Shown one piece after another: positions 17,370 through 25,388 of a stretch of DNA of 45,585 bases (its first letter is position 1; each line of letters opens with the position of its first letter). Position numbers and translations under genes: made by a program. The notes beneath the pieces were generated by a model. It made no database searches. It saw nothing but the letters and a program-made list of their open reading frames with translations, and was not told the origin of the DNA. Source of the stretch: Candidatus Gottesmanbacteria bacterium RIFOXYB1_FULL_47_11 (lineage in GTDB: Bacteria; Patescibacteriota; Microgenomatia; UBA10105; UBA927); NCBI GenBank assembly GCA_001779455.1, contig MFKE01000019.1, positions 33,201-78,785 of the forward strand, read 5' to 3'.

Positions 17370-19724
17370 ATGCCGGATCAAGCACTCGATTTGATGTATC
17401 AACTGGAAGTATTTGCGATAAGCCTCGCATTTATTCTCGTACTACTTGCGGGGTTTGCCTTGTTTGGGTATATCGTATTTTTACTGTGGAAATACCGGGA
17501 TCGGGAGAAACGATCGCTTGAGTATGTGCTCCTGCAGCTTGCGGTACCCCGCGAAAATGAGATAAAGATTGATGCTGCGGAACAGATGTTTACGAGTCTG
17601 TATACCATATACAAAAGCGGGTTTTGGTCGTTTCTCACCCCGCAACAGCATCTTTCATTTGAGATTGTTGCGCGCCAGGAGGACATACGTTTTTATGCGG
17701 CAGTCCCGAGGCGTCTTATGGATTTAGTGGAGAAGCAGATCCACGGTGCGTACCCCGGAGCGGACATAAAAGAGGTAGATGAATATTCCATATTTACGGA
17801 AACAGGCAAGGTCGCATTTGCCTCGCTTCGTCTGAAAAATACCAATTATATGCCCATCCGGGTGTTCCGCGATCTGCCGACGGATCCGCTCTCATCCATT
17901 ACCTCGGTACTGGCCAAAATGCGGGAAGGGGAAGGGGCAGTCATTCAGGTGTTGATTCAACCAACAGGAGGGTCTTGGCGGTCTCTGGGCCGGTCATATA
18001 TATCCAAGGTGAAAAAAGACGAAGCAAATCCGGAGAAAGCAAGTTTTAAGGTCGATCCGAAGTCTCTGGAGTCGATCGAACAGAAAACCAGTAAACCCGG
18101 GTTTAACTCAGTCGTGCGCATGGTAGTCTCCGCCGGGACAGAAGAAGATGCCAAAATACATCTGGACAATCTGCTTGCCAGCTTCGGCCAATTTGCCGGC
18201 GATCACAACCATTTTACCAAGGTGAAGTTCCCGTTGTTCCTGAAAAAACTGTTTATGATGGATTTTATTTACCGGTATTTTCCGGTATTCAACATCGTGT
18301 TTTTCCCTCAATACAGCGTTCTTAACAGTGATGAGCTTGCGACGGTTTTTCATCTGCCGAATAAATCCGTTGAGACGGCGCATATTTTTTGGCTTAATGC
18401 CAAACGGGCGCCGGCCCCGTCTCAGATACCCACGGAAGGGTTATATCTGGGGAAATCAAGGTACCGGGGTGTCGAGCGGCCTATTTTTATCAGCGAGGAA
18501 GACCGCAGGCGTCATGTCTATATCATCGGGAAAACCGGTACCGGTAAATCACAACTCCTGGAGGAAATGATTGTGCAGGATATCAAATCCGGCAAGGGTT
18601 GTGCGGTCGTTGATCCGCACGGAGATCTCATCGACGGAGTGTTATCCCGTATTCCGCCGGATCGGGCAGAAGACGTCATTTACTTTGATCCGTCCGACAC
18701 GGAGCGGCCCATGGGACTTAATATGCTGGAGGCAAAAACCGAGGAACAGAAACATTTTGTCGTGACATCAATTGTCGGGCTGATGTACAAGCTGTATGAC
18801 CCGATGAAAACCGGTATTATCGGACCGCGGTTTGAACACGCGATTAGGAATGCCATGCTCACCGTCATGGTTGAACCCGGTAATACTTTTGTCGAAGTTG
18901 TACGCGTTCTCACAGACAGCTCGTTTGTTCAGGAGCTTCTGCCTAAACTTCAGGATCCGATTATCCGCAGGTACTGGACGGACCAGATCGCACAGACGGC
19001 GGATTTTCACAAATCAGAAGTGCTGGACTATATCGTATCCAAATTCGGCCGGTTTGTTACCAACAAGCTGATGCGCAATATCATCGGCCAATCGGAATCG
19101 TCATTTGACTTTCGTAAGGTGATGGATGAAGGAAAAATACTCCTCGTGAATTTGGCCAAGGGCAAAGTCGGTGAAGAAAACAGCAACTTTTTGGGACTTA
19201 TCCTTGTTCCGAGAATATTAATATCAGCCATGAGCCGCCAGGAAATGCCTGAGGAGAAGCGGCGCGACTTTTATCTCTATGTTGATGAGTTCCAGAATTT
19301 CGCTACTCCCGATTTTGCTCAGATATTATCGGAGGCACGGAAATATCGTCTTAACCTTATCGTTGCCAACCAATTTATCGGACAGATGGAAGAGGAAGTG
19401 AAAAATGCGGTCTTCGGCAACGTCGGCTCCCTTATCGCGTTCCGCGTGGGTGTAACGGATGCCAATTACCTGCAGCACGAGTTTCAGCCTACGTTTAATG
19501 AATCGGATCTCATCAATATCGATAAATTTAACGCGTACATAAAAACAAATGTTCACAATGAACCGGTAAAACCGTTTAGTATGGATCTGACAAAAAATAT
19601 GACGGAGGTAAATGCATCGCGGAATATGAAAGTCGCCGAAGCGATCATCCAGCTCTCGCGCCTGAAGTACGGCCGCTCGCGTGAACTTATCGAAGCCGAA
19701 ATCTCCCAGCGCGCTAGATTGTAA
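17370..19724 (+). CDS. VirD4/TraD/HerA-like coupling ATPase with N-terminal TM
   Basis: Walker A GKTGTGKS, DPHGDL, Walker B LYVDEFQNF, LSEARKY, ANQ, FGNVG. Confidence 0.88.
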   Translation: MPDQALDLMYQLEVFAISLAFILVLLAGFALFGYIVFLLWKYRDREKRSLEYVLLQLAVPRENEIKIDAAEQMFTSLYTIYKSGFWSFLTPQQHLSFEIVARQEDIRFYAAVPRRLMDLVEKQIHGAYPGADIKEVDEYSIFTETGKVAFASLRLKNTNYMPIRVFRDLPTDPLSSITSVLAKMREGEGAVIQVLIQPTGGSWRSLGRSYISKVKKDEANPEKASFKVDPKSLESIEQKTSKPGFNSVVRMVVSAGTEEDAKIHLDNLLASFGQFAGDHNHFTKVKFPLFLKKLFMMDFIYRYFPVFNIVFFPQYSVLNSDELATVFHLPNKSVETAHIFWLNAKRAPAPSQIPTEGLYLGKSRYRGVERPIFISEEDRRRHVYIIGKTGTGKSQLLEEMIVQDIKSGKGCAVVDPHGDLIDGVLSRIPPDRAEDVIYFDPSDTERPMGLNMLEAKTEEQKHFVVTSIVGLMYKLYDPMKTGIIGPRFEHAIRNAMLTVMVEPGNTFVEVVRVLTDSSFVQELLPKLQDPIIRRYWTDQIAQTADFHKSEVLDYIVSKFGRFVTNKLMRNIIGQSESSFDFRKVMDEGKILLVNLAKGKVGEENSNFLGLILVPRILISAMSRQEMPEEKRRDFYLYVDEFQNFATPDFAQILSEARKYRLNLIVANQFIGQMEEEVKNAVFGNVGSLIAFRVGVTDANYLQHEFQPTFNESDLINIDKFNAYIKTNVHNEPVKPFSMDLTKNMTEVNASRNMKVAEAIIQLSRLKYGRSRELIEAEISQRARL

Positions 19725-20295
19725 TGATCTTGAATTTTTCTTCGTCAATTAGCAGTATTGGCGTTTCAGGATCTTTTTTTTTCAACATAGCTACCTTTTC
19801 TTCTTTATTTTTTTCTATATTCCAGTGGCAAAGAACGTTATATGGAATAATTCCTAAGCCGGTATATACAGTTTTGGTATCCTGACCTTCTAGTGATAAA
19901 ACATAATGCGGAGAAATCAAAAAAGCCCCGAGTGAACTACCTATATATATTTTTTGATTCAACAACTGTTTTAACATAGACAACTTTGGTATATACGGCT
20001 CGATAAATTCTTGTTCGCCGCCTGATATGTATACTACGTCAGCATAAGGAAGTTTATTCATAAGATCATCCGAATCATCTACCATAGATACTGAAGTTTT
20101 TTTGTTTGTCTGGAGAGAAATATTATTGTTGTCTATTGAAAATTGTGTTAGCCATTTTTCCTTACTTCGCGCGAAATAGCAGATAAGAATTTTTACAGAT
20201 TCTTTTTTGACGAGTGCAGTAAATTGTCGGAAAAACAATTCATTGTCCGCTGATTTTCTTGAAGACTCACCTCCATGCAGAACATATGTTGTCAT
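19714..20295 (-). CDS. Peptidase S51 (peptidase E / class I GATase-like) protein, AT-rich
   Basis: YISGG, nucleophile elbow IGSSLGA, GLG...CHW. Start set at the second ATG, 6 nt after TATACT. Confidence 0.75.
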   Translation of the reverse strand: MTTYVLHGGESSRKSADNELFFRQFTALVKKESVKILICYFARSKEKWLTQFSIDNNNISLQTNKKTSVSMVDDSDDLMNKLPYADVVYISGGEQEFIEPYIPKLSMLKQLLNQKIYIGSSLGAFLISPHYVLSLEGQDTKTVYTGLGIIPYNVLCHWNIEKNKEEKVAMLKKKDPETPILLIDEEKFKIITI

Positions 20296-20374
20296 ACGCA
20301 TAGTATACGAAATATTTTCCCCCTTTACATTTTTGCCAGTCGCGGTATTCTTGTGTATGTTGCTTTAAAATTTC

Positions 20375-21766
20375 ATGGACACAGAAGAGCCTCCGCTTAG
20401 TTTACCCAAACTTCCGGAAACTACCGTTTACATTTTTAACCTGTCGGAAGACGTATGGCCGTTCATCAGCGCCATGTCGGATGCGAAGGCAAAACTGTTT
20501 GAGATTAAAGAAAATGCCGATCTGTGTGAACGCGATCTGTTTTCCTGTGCGGATGAGGACAACATTCTCTATATTTTCCCCCAACAAATTGATGAATCCT
20601 TTTTACGGTATTACACCGAGCTTTTCGGGAAGCGTAATATCCGCATTTTGGTTCCCCAAAAACATTCAGGCGTGATTTGTGAAGATATTCTTGATGATGA
20701 CGATATTATGCGCGAGCTCGTGAACGCAGCAAACGGGTCAAAGCGTTTGGTATTGACCAGTTATACAACCTCACAACAGTTTATCAACCTCGTTGAAGAG
20801 CTCAGGGGGAAAGGCCTACAGATTTCTACCCCGGACGCGCCGGAAGAAGAAGATTCCTGGACAGTAAACTTTTACGGCAGCAAATCCGGTATCCGTCAGC
20901 TTGCGGCCCTCAGCCGCATGGAGGAGCCGGACCTCATTATGCCGCAGGGGTTAATTTGTACGGGCATTGTAGATGCGGCCAAAATTGCAGCGACAAAATA
21001 TGTGAAGGAGCACGGGGTGGTTATCAAAACAAACAAAGGGCATTCCGGAGCCGGTGTCTTGTTGTTTGATGAAGGGGATTTGCCCAATGAATATCCCGTA
21101 TGCGAACAGGCGATTCTTGATGTCCTCAAAAAAGATGCCTACTGGAACATGTTCCCGATTATTATCGAATCGTTTGTCAGCGTAAATCCTGCCGTTGCCG
21201 GCGGGTTTCCCAATGTTGAGTTTCAGATTCTTAAAAACGGGCGGGTGGAATATCTTTACTACGGCGGTATGCGGGTGACACAGGGAGTATTTAAAGGCAT
21301 GGAAATAGGAAACGATGTGGTGTCTGATCAGCTTCTTGCGCGTATGACGGATACCGGATTTTATATCGGCGAGAAGTACCGTGCCGCAGGATACCGCGGG
21401 TATTTTGATGTTGACTTTATAGCAGCCAAAAACGGACAGCTATATGTGACGGAGAGTAATGCGAGGCGTACCGGCGGCACGCATGTGTATGTCACGGCCA
21501 AGAAACTTTTCGGCGAAGATTTTCTCTACCACACCTATATCCTGTTTAATAATTTATTCGAAGTGCCTAAGAAAAACATTAAGTCATTTGAGTGTCTGCA
21601 GGAGATTTTGACGCCGATATTATTTAATAAAGATTCCGGAGAAGGACTGATTGTCACGTGTGAGTCTGCCCTTGCCACCAACCGTTTCGGTTACATCATC
21701 TTCGGTGCCACGCGTCGGCGCGCTTTCGAAATTGAGGCGAAGATGGAACAGCTCCTCCGCGCTTGA
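20375..21766 (+). CDS. ATP-grasp ligase with pre-ATP-grasp domain (PGM1-like peptide ligase clade)
   Basis: VVIKTNKGHSGAG, IIIESFV, GYRGYFDVDF, VTESNARRTGGT. Confidence 0.8.
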   Translation: MDTEEPPLSLPKLPETTVYIFNLSEDVWPFISAMSDAKAKLFEIKENADLCERDLFSCADEDNILYIFPQQIDESFLRYYTELFGKRNIRILVPQKHSGVICEDILDDDDIMRELVNAANGSKRLVLTSYTTSQQFINLVEELRGKGLQISTPDAPEEEDSWTVNFYGSKSGIRQLAALSRMEEPDLIMPQGLICTGIVDAAKIAATKYVKEHGVVIKTNKGHSGAGVLLFDEGDLPNEYPVCEQAILDVLKKDAYWNMFPIIIESFVSVNPAVAGGFPNVEFQILKNGRVEYLYYGGMRVTQGVFKGMEIGNDVVSDQLLARMTDTGFYIGEKYRAAGYRGYFDVDFIAAKNGQLYVTESNARRTGGTHVYVTAKKLFGEDFLYHTYILFNNLFEVPKKNIKSFECLQEILTPILFNKDSGEGLIVTCESALATNRFGYIIFGATRRRAFEIEAKMEQLLRA

Positions 21767-21829
21767 TTTTCTCCTATATTACTCGTACCATTGATTTACT
21801 ATCCCATGAATATATTTCGCTAGTTCACT

Positions 21830-22501
21830 ATGAGCAACGTTTTATTACACCGAAAGGCTCTTATTTTGCGTAAGCAAAAGAAGAGTTACAGTCAAATAAA
21901 GGCAATTTTAGGTGTCAGTAAGAGCACCCTAAGTGAATGGCTGCGCGCCTATCCATTAACGAGAGAAGAAATTAATAATTTACGGGCTAATAGCGAGATA
22001 CGGATTGAAAAATATAGGGAAACAATGAGGAAAAAAAGACAAGATAAACTCGACCTATATCGTCTAGAGGAAAAGAAAAAGCTATTACCTTTATCAAAAA
22101 GAGAATTGCTTATTGCCGGGCTATTTCTTTATTGGGGAGAGGGAGGTAAAGCATCGCGTCATACGATCAGCATTAATAACACGGATCCTAAACTTGTACA
22201 GTTTTCGTTATATTGGATGACACGGGCATTACATATTTCAAAAAATAATATTAGAGTATATCTTCATTTATATAAAGACATGAATATACAAAAAGAAATG
22301 AGATATTGGAGTAAAATGTTGAATATCCCATTGTCTCAATTTTCTAAACCTTATATAAAAGACAGTAAGCGAAGTGACATTGACCAAAAAGGATTCGGCC
22401 ATGGTACTTGTGGAGTGTGTGCATATAATACGGTCATTAAAGATAATATATTAATAGGGATAGACGTTATTGCACAGCATTACGTGAGAAAGCTGTTCTA
22501 A
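21830..22501 (+). CDS. HTH + LAGLIDADG-like protein, AT-rich, tRNA-adjacent
   Basis: HTH SYSQIKAILGVSKSTLSEWL; AGLFLYWGEGGK...ISINNTD helix-strand pattern; YWS; GTC. Confidence 0.7.
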   Translation: MSNVLLHRKALILRKQKKSYSQIKAILGVSKSTLSEWLRAYPLTREEINNLRANSEIRIEKYRETMRKKRQDKLDLYRLEEKKKLLPLSKRELLIAGLFLYWGEGGKASRHTISINNTDPKLVQFSLYWMTRALHISKNNIRVYLHLYKDMNIQKEMRYWSKMLNIPLSQFSKPYIKDSKRSDIDQKGFGHGTCGVCAYNTVIKDNILIGIDVIAQHYVRKLF

Positions 22502-22523
22502 ATTGATATAATCTGAAATAGTG

Positions 22524-22595
22524 GGGCCCGTAGCTCATCGGTAGAGCGGTTGTCTTATAAACAACAGGTACTTGGATCGTCCCCAAGCGGGCCCA
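22524..22595 (+). tRNA. tRNA-Ile (anticodon UAU)
   Basis: GGGCCCG/CGGGCCC acceptor stem, GCTC/GAGC D-stem, GTTGT/ACAAC anticodon stem with loop CT-TAT-AA, CTTGG/CCAAG T-stem, A73, no encoded CCA; TGA-TATAAT at 22504-22512. Confidence 0.93.
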
Positions 22596-22601
22596 CTTAC
22601 T

Positions 22602-22991
22602 ATGTCAATATTTATCATAGATTCGGAGTCTTTAGCTAACCCGTTATGGTTGAACTCTCTTGATCAGATTCATATAGAGATAGAATATGAGCCTGAATCA
22701 AGCGCATCGATATATCATCATGTGTTTTTTATTAACGGTTTAGATAAACAATCACTGATCAGTCAACTACAAAAAGAAATAAAGCATAGTTGGTATGCTT
22801 TCTGTGTCGATGAGAACGAAATAGAAATAATTTACAACAATAAGATTTTTTCTTACACAACACTAGAGATAGAATATCATGATGCGGTGGATTATGGGAT
22901 TCAACAGGGTATCCAAAAAGAATTTTTGGATTTTCATCGCTATCTCACAAAGTATACAAACATTATTAAAAAATTAGGTAAAGAAGAATAG
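22602..22991 (+). CDS. Hypothetical protein (AT-rich)
   Basis: ATG 22602 just after the tRNA (the track start lies inside the tRNA); IIDSESL...WYA...YGIQQGI. Confidence 0.7.
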   Translation: MSIFIIDSESLANPLWLNSLDQIHIEIEYEPESSASIYHHVFFINGLDKQSLISQLQKEIKHSWYAFCVDENEIEIIYNNKIFSYTTLEIEYHDAVDYGIQQGIQKEFLDFHRYLTKYTNIIKKLGKEE

Positions 22992-22995
22992 TGTT

Positions 22996-23517
22996 ATGGA
23001 ACATGTTGTACTCGTTGATGATTATAATAAGGTTCTCGGGACGGCGCCGAAGGATACGGTGCACACCACGGATACACCGCTTCACCGCGGATTTTCACTG
23101 TTCGTATTTAACAGGGATAAAGAGCTTCTGGTCACGCGGCGCGCGTACACCAAAAAAACTTTCCCGGGTAAATGGACCAACACCGTCTGCGGGCATCCGC
23201 AGCTTAATGAAGCGCCGGAAGCGGCCGCGCTGCGTCGGCTTAAAGATGAGCTGGGAATGACGGCGGGGAGTGTCCGGGTTGTTGCTCCGTACCGGTACAA
23301 GGTTGCCGATATTCACGGTATTCTGGAAAATGAAATCTGTCCGATCCTTGTAGGGTATGCAAACGATGATCCGCACCCAAACATAGCAGAAGTAGGGCAG
23401 TGGAAATGGATGCCGTGGCGGGAATTCCTGACGGAGACGGCAAATCTACCCGACGAATATTCTCCGTGGTGTATAGAAGAGGCGGTTATACTTCAAAGTA
23501 CTTATTTTAGAAAATAG
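22996..23517 (+). CDS. idi: Isopentenyl-diphosphate delta-isomerase type 1
   Basis: LHRGFS, WTNTVCGHP, RRLKDELG, ENEICP, SPW. Confidence 0.93.
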   Translation: MEHVVLVDDYNKVLGTAPKDTVHTTDTPLHRGFSLFVFNRDKELLVTRRAYTKKTFPGKWTNTVCGHPQLNEAPEAAALRRLKDELGMTAGSVRVVAPYRYKVADIHGILENEICPILVGYANDDPHPNIAEVGQWKWMPWREFLTETANLPDEYSPWCIEEAVILQSTYFRK

Positions 23518-23606
23518 TTACTCGTTTTTTTCTTTTCGCAAAGCCCAAATTTGCATTTTCCGGAAAGAGAAGGTAGTATCCTTTTACATAAAAAGGGGGA
23601 TATAGT

Positions 23607-24101
23607 ATGACGCCTAAATTAGAAATACATTATGATCAGCACATCTTTTTACGTGACGCTTTAAATACGTCTGGTGAACGGTTAGCGCAGGCAAACGTTT
23701 TTTTGGTTACCAGGTCAGATCGCCAACAGGACATAGTAGTTCTTGCGGAAGGTGAAGTAATCGGAAGCCCAGAGGTGATCGGAGACGTACAAACATTACT
23801 CACAAAATACCAAGAGCTTAAGAATGGATTTGGTCTTCCGCCAAATACAGATGTAAAACAAGATGATCTTCTTGAAGGCATTTCGAAAACAACAAAATTA
23901 CGAGATCTTTTTCCGGATTTTGACACCGGCACTCTGAATGCGCTTGCCCGTAAACAAATAACAACTTGGGGGGAGTTAAAGAAATCCGTTAAAAGCAAAC
24001 CCGATACACGCGGGATTTTCGTGACTAGTATCGAGAGGATAGGAAAAAAACGATCGGCTGAGATACTTTCAGCACTCAATAAGTTAAAAAATACTGAGTA
24101 A
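23607..24101 (+). CDS. Hypothetical protein with C-terminal RNAP alpha-CTD-like (HhH) domain
   Basis: LRDL...TLNALARKQITTWGEL...IERIGKKRSAEILSAL; own promoter TTGCAT(23551)-17 nt-TAGTAT and G-rich SD. Confidence 0.6.
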   Translation: MTPKLEIHYDQHIFLRDALNTSGERLAQANVFLVTRSDRQQDIVVLAEGEVIGSPEVIGDVQTLLTKYQELKNGFGLPPNTDVKQDDLLEGISKTTKLRDLFPDFDTGTLNALARKQITTWGELKKSVKSKPDTRGIFVTSIERIGKKRSAEILSALNKLKNTE

Positions 24102-24117
24102 GAACTCTGGGTATTTA

Positions 24118-25080
24118 TTAAACCTCCACAGACAAGTCGGGAATGGCCGTCACGGTATGCCAGTCAATGGGTGTTCCGCGAAAGAAGGCGTAAGAAGCGA
24201 TATACACGGCGTTGTCGGTGCACAGCGGAATTGGCGGAGCAATTGCCTCAGGGATTTTTTCGCGAAGACGTAAATTTGCAGATACACCGCCTGACAACAT
24301 AATCGTGTTTGCGTGATAGTGTCGGGCGGCTGCTCGGGTTTTGGAAACCAATACATCGGTAATTGCCTCCTGTACTTCATACGCAAGCCCGGCAATAAAT
24401 TCCTCAGAATGATTTTCCTCTTTTTGCCATGCGCGCAATATTGCGGTTTTGAGTCCCGAGAAGGAAAAATTGAGTGTCTTGTCATACATCAGTGGTCGGG
24501 GAAGCTTGACCGCTGACGCATTGACGCGCTGACGCATTGAAGCTTCTTGTATAGCGACTCCGCCGCGGGAGCCAAAACCTAATAGCCGGGCGGTTTTATC
24601 AAACGCTTCACCCGCCGCATCATCCAGCGTGCCGCCGAGCCATTTGAGATCTTTTGGCGATGACATAAGAAATAATTCGGTGTGGCCGCCGGAAACAACA
24701 AGAGAGATAGCGGGAAAAATAATGTTGTTATTTATAAAATTCGCGTACATGTGAGCCAGCACGTGGTTCACCGGAATTATCGGTTTACCGCTCACCATAG
24801 CCATGGTTTTTGCTGTTTCCACACCGACCAACAGTGACCCGATGAGACCCGGCCCGATGGTAACAGCAATTGCATCGTATTCAACGTTTTTTGTCGCTTC
24901 TGTTATCGTAGGAATGATTACTTTGAGCTGCTCCCGCGCTGCTACCTCCGGGACGATTCCCCCATACTTTTCATGCATTGCCGCTGATGACGCGATGACG
25001 CTGCTTATGACTTTTGTACCATTATCAACGACAGCGCACGCAGTTTCATCACACGACGATTCAATAGCTAATATTTTCAT
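24118..25080 (-). CDS. tsaD: tRNA N6-adenosine threonylcarbamoyltransferase
   Basis: ILAIESSCDET, GPGL, NHVLAH, VSGGHT, DDAAGEAFDK, FSFSGLKT, CTDNA. Confidence 0.96.
   Translation of the reverse strand: MKILAIESSCDETACAVVDNGTKVISSVIASSAAMHEKYGGIVPEVAAREQLKVIIPTITEATKNVEYDAIAVTIGPGLIGSLLVGVETAKTMAMVSGKPIIPVNHVLAHMYANFINNNIIFPAISLVVSGGHTELFLMSSPKDLKWLGGTLDDAAGEAFDKTARLLGFGSRGGVAIQEASMRQRVNASAVKLPRPLMYDKTLNFSFSGLKTAILRAWQKEENHSEEFIAGLAYEVQEAITDVLVSKTRAAARHYHANTIMLSGGVSANLRLREKIPEAIAPPIPLCTDNAVYIASYAFFRGTPIDWHTVTAIPDLSVEV
24507..24541. repeat. Short tandem repeat of about 8-bp period inside tsaD
   Basis: TGAC at 24507, 24514, 24522, 24530 and TGAA at 24538; exact 14-nt repeat cgctgacgcattga at 24511 and 24527. 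Confidence 0.75.
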
Positions 25081-25385
25081 AAAAAGAAATAATAGTATGA
25101 CCACGATAAGATACTAAACACAAAAATTAGTACTGTGATAGTCCCTATTGTTGCGAAGCGATTTTTTTTTAAACAATACATAGCCAGAACGATTTCCAAC
25201 GCCGCAATAGCATATGTGACTCCCGAACGCCATGGATACGGCAAACGGTATCCTGATTGTTTAACGAACACAGAAGAGAGGACATTTATAATTCCACTAT
25301 CTTGAAAAATATCACGCATCATATGAACGCCAGATAAAAATAGAACAAAATATAGCCAATATCGTTGCACAGGTTTTAGTTTCAT
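25077..25385 (-). CDS. Small membrane protein (about 3 TM)
   Basis: Three hydrophobic segments; ATGA-coupled to tsaD. Confidence 0.65.
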   Translation of the reverse strand: MKLKPVQRYWLYFVLFLSGVHMMRDIFQDSGIINVLSSVFVKQSGYRLPYPWRSGVTYAIAALEIVLAMYCLKKNRFATIGTITVLIFVFSILSWSYYYFFL

Positions 25386-25388
25386 AAA

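Noticed and set aside
17370..19724. Conjugative element or ICE
   Set aside because: Only a lone coupling-type ATPase; no relaxase, mating-pair genes, integrase or boundaries.
21767..22523. tRNA intron encoding the LAGLIDADG-like protein
   Set aside because: The tRNA is complete and uninterrupted, and no tRNA half precedes the ORF.
22572..22601. ORF-track N-terminal extension overlapping the tRNA
   Set aside because: The ATG at 22602, just after the tRNA, is the more plausible start.
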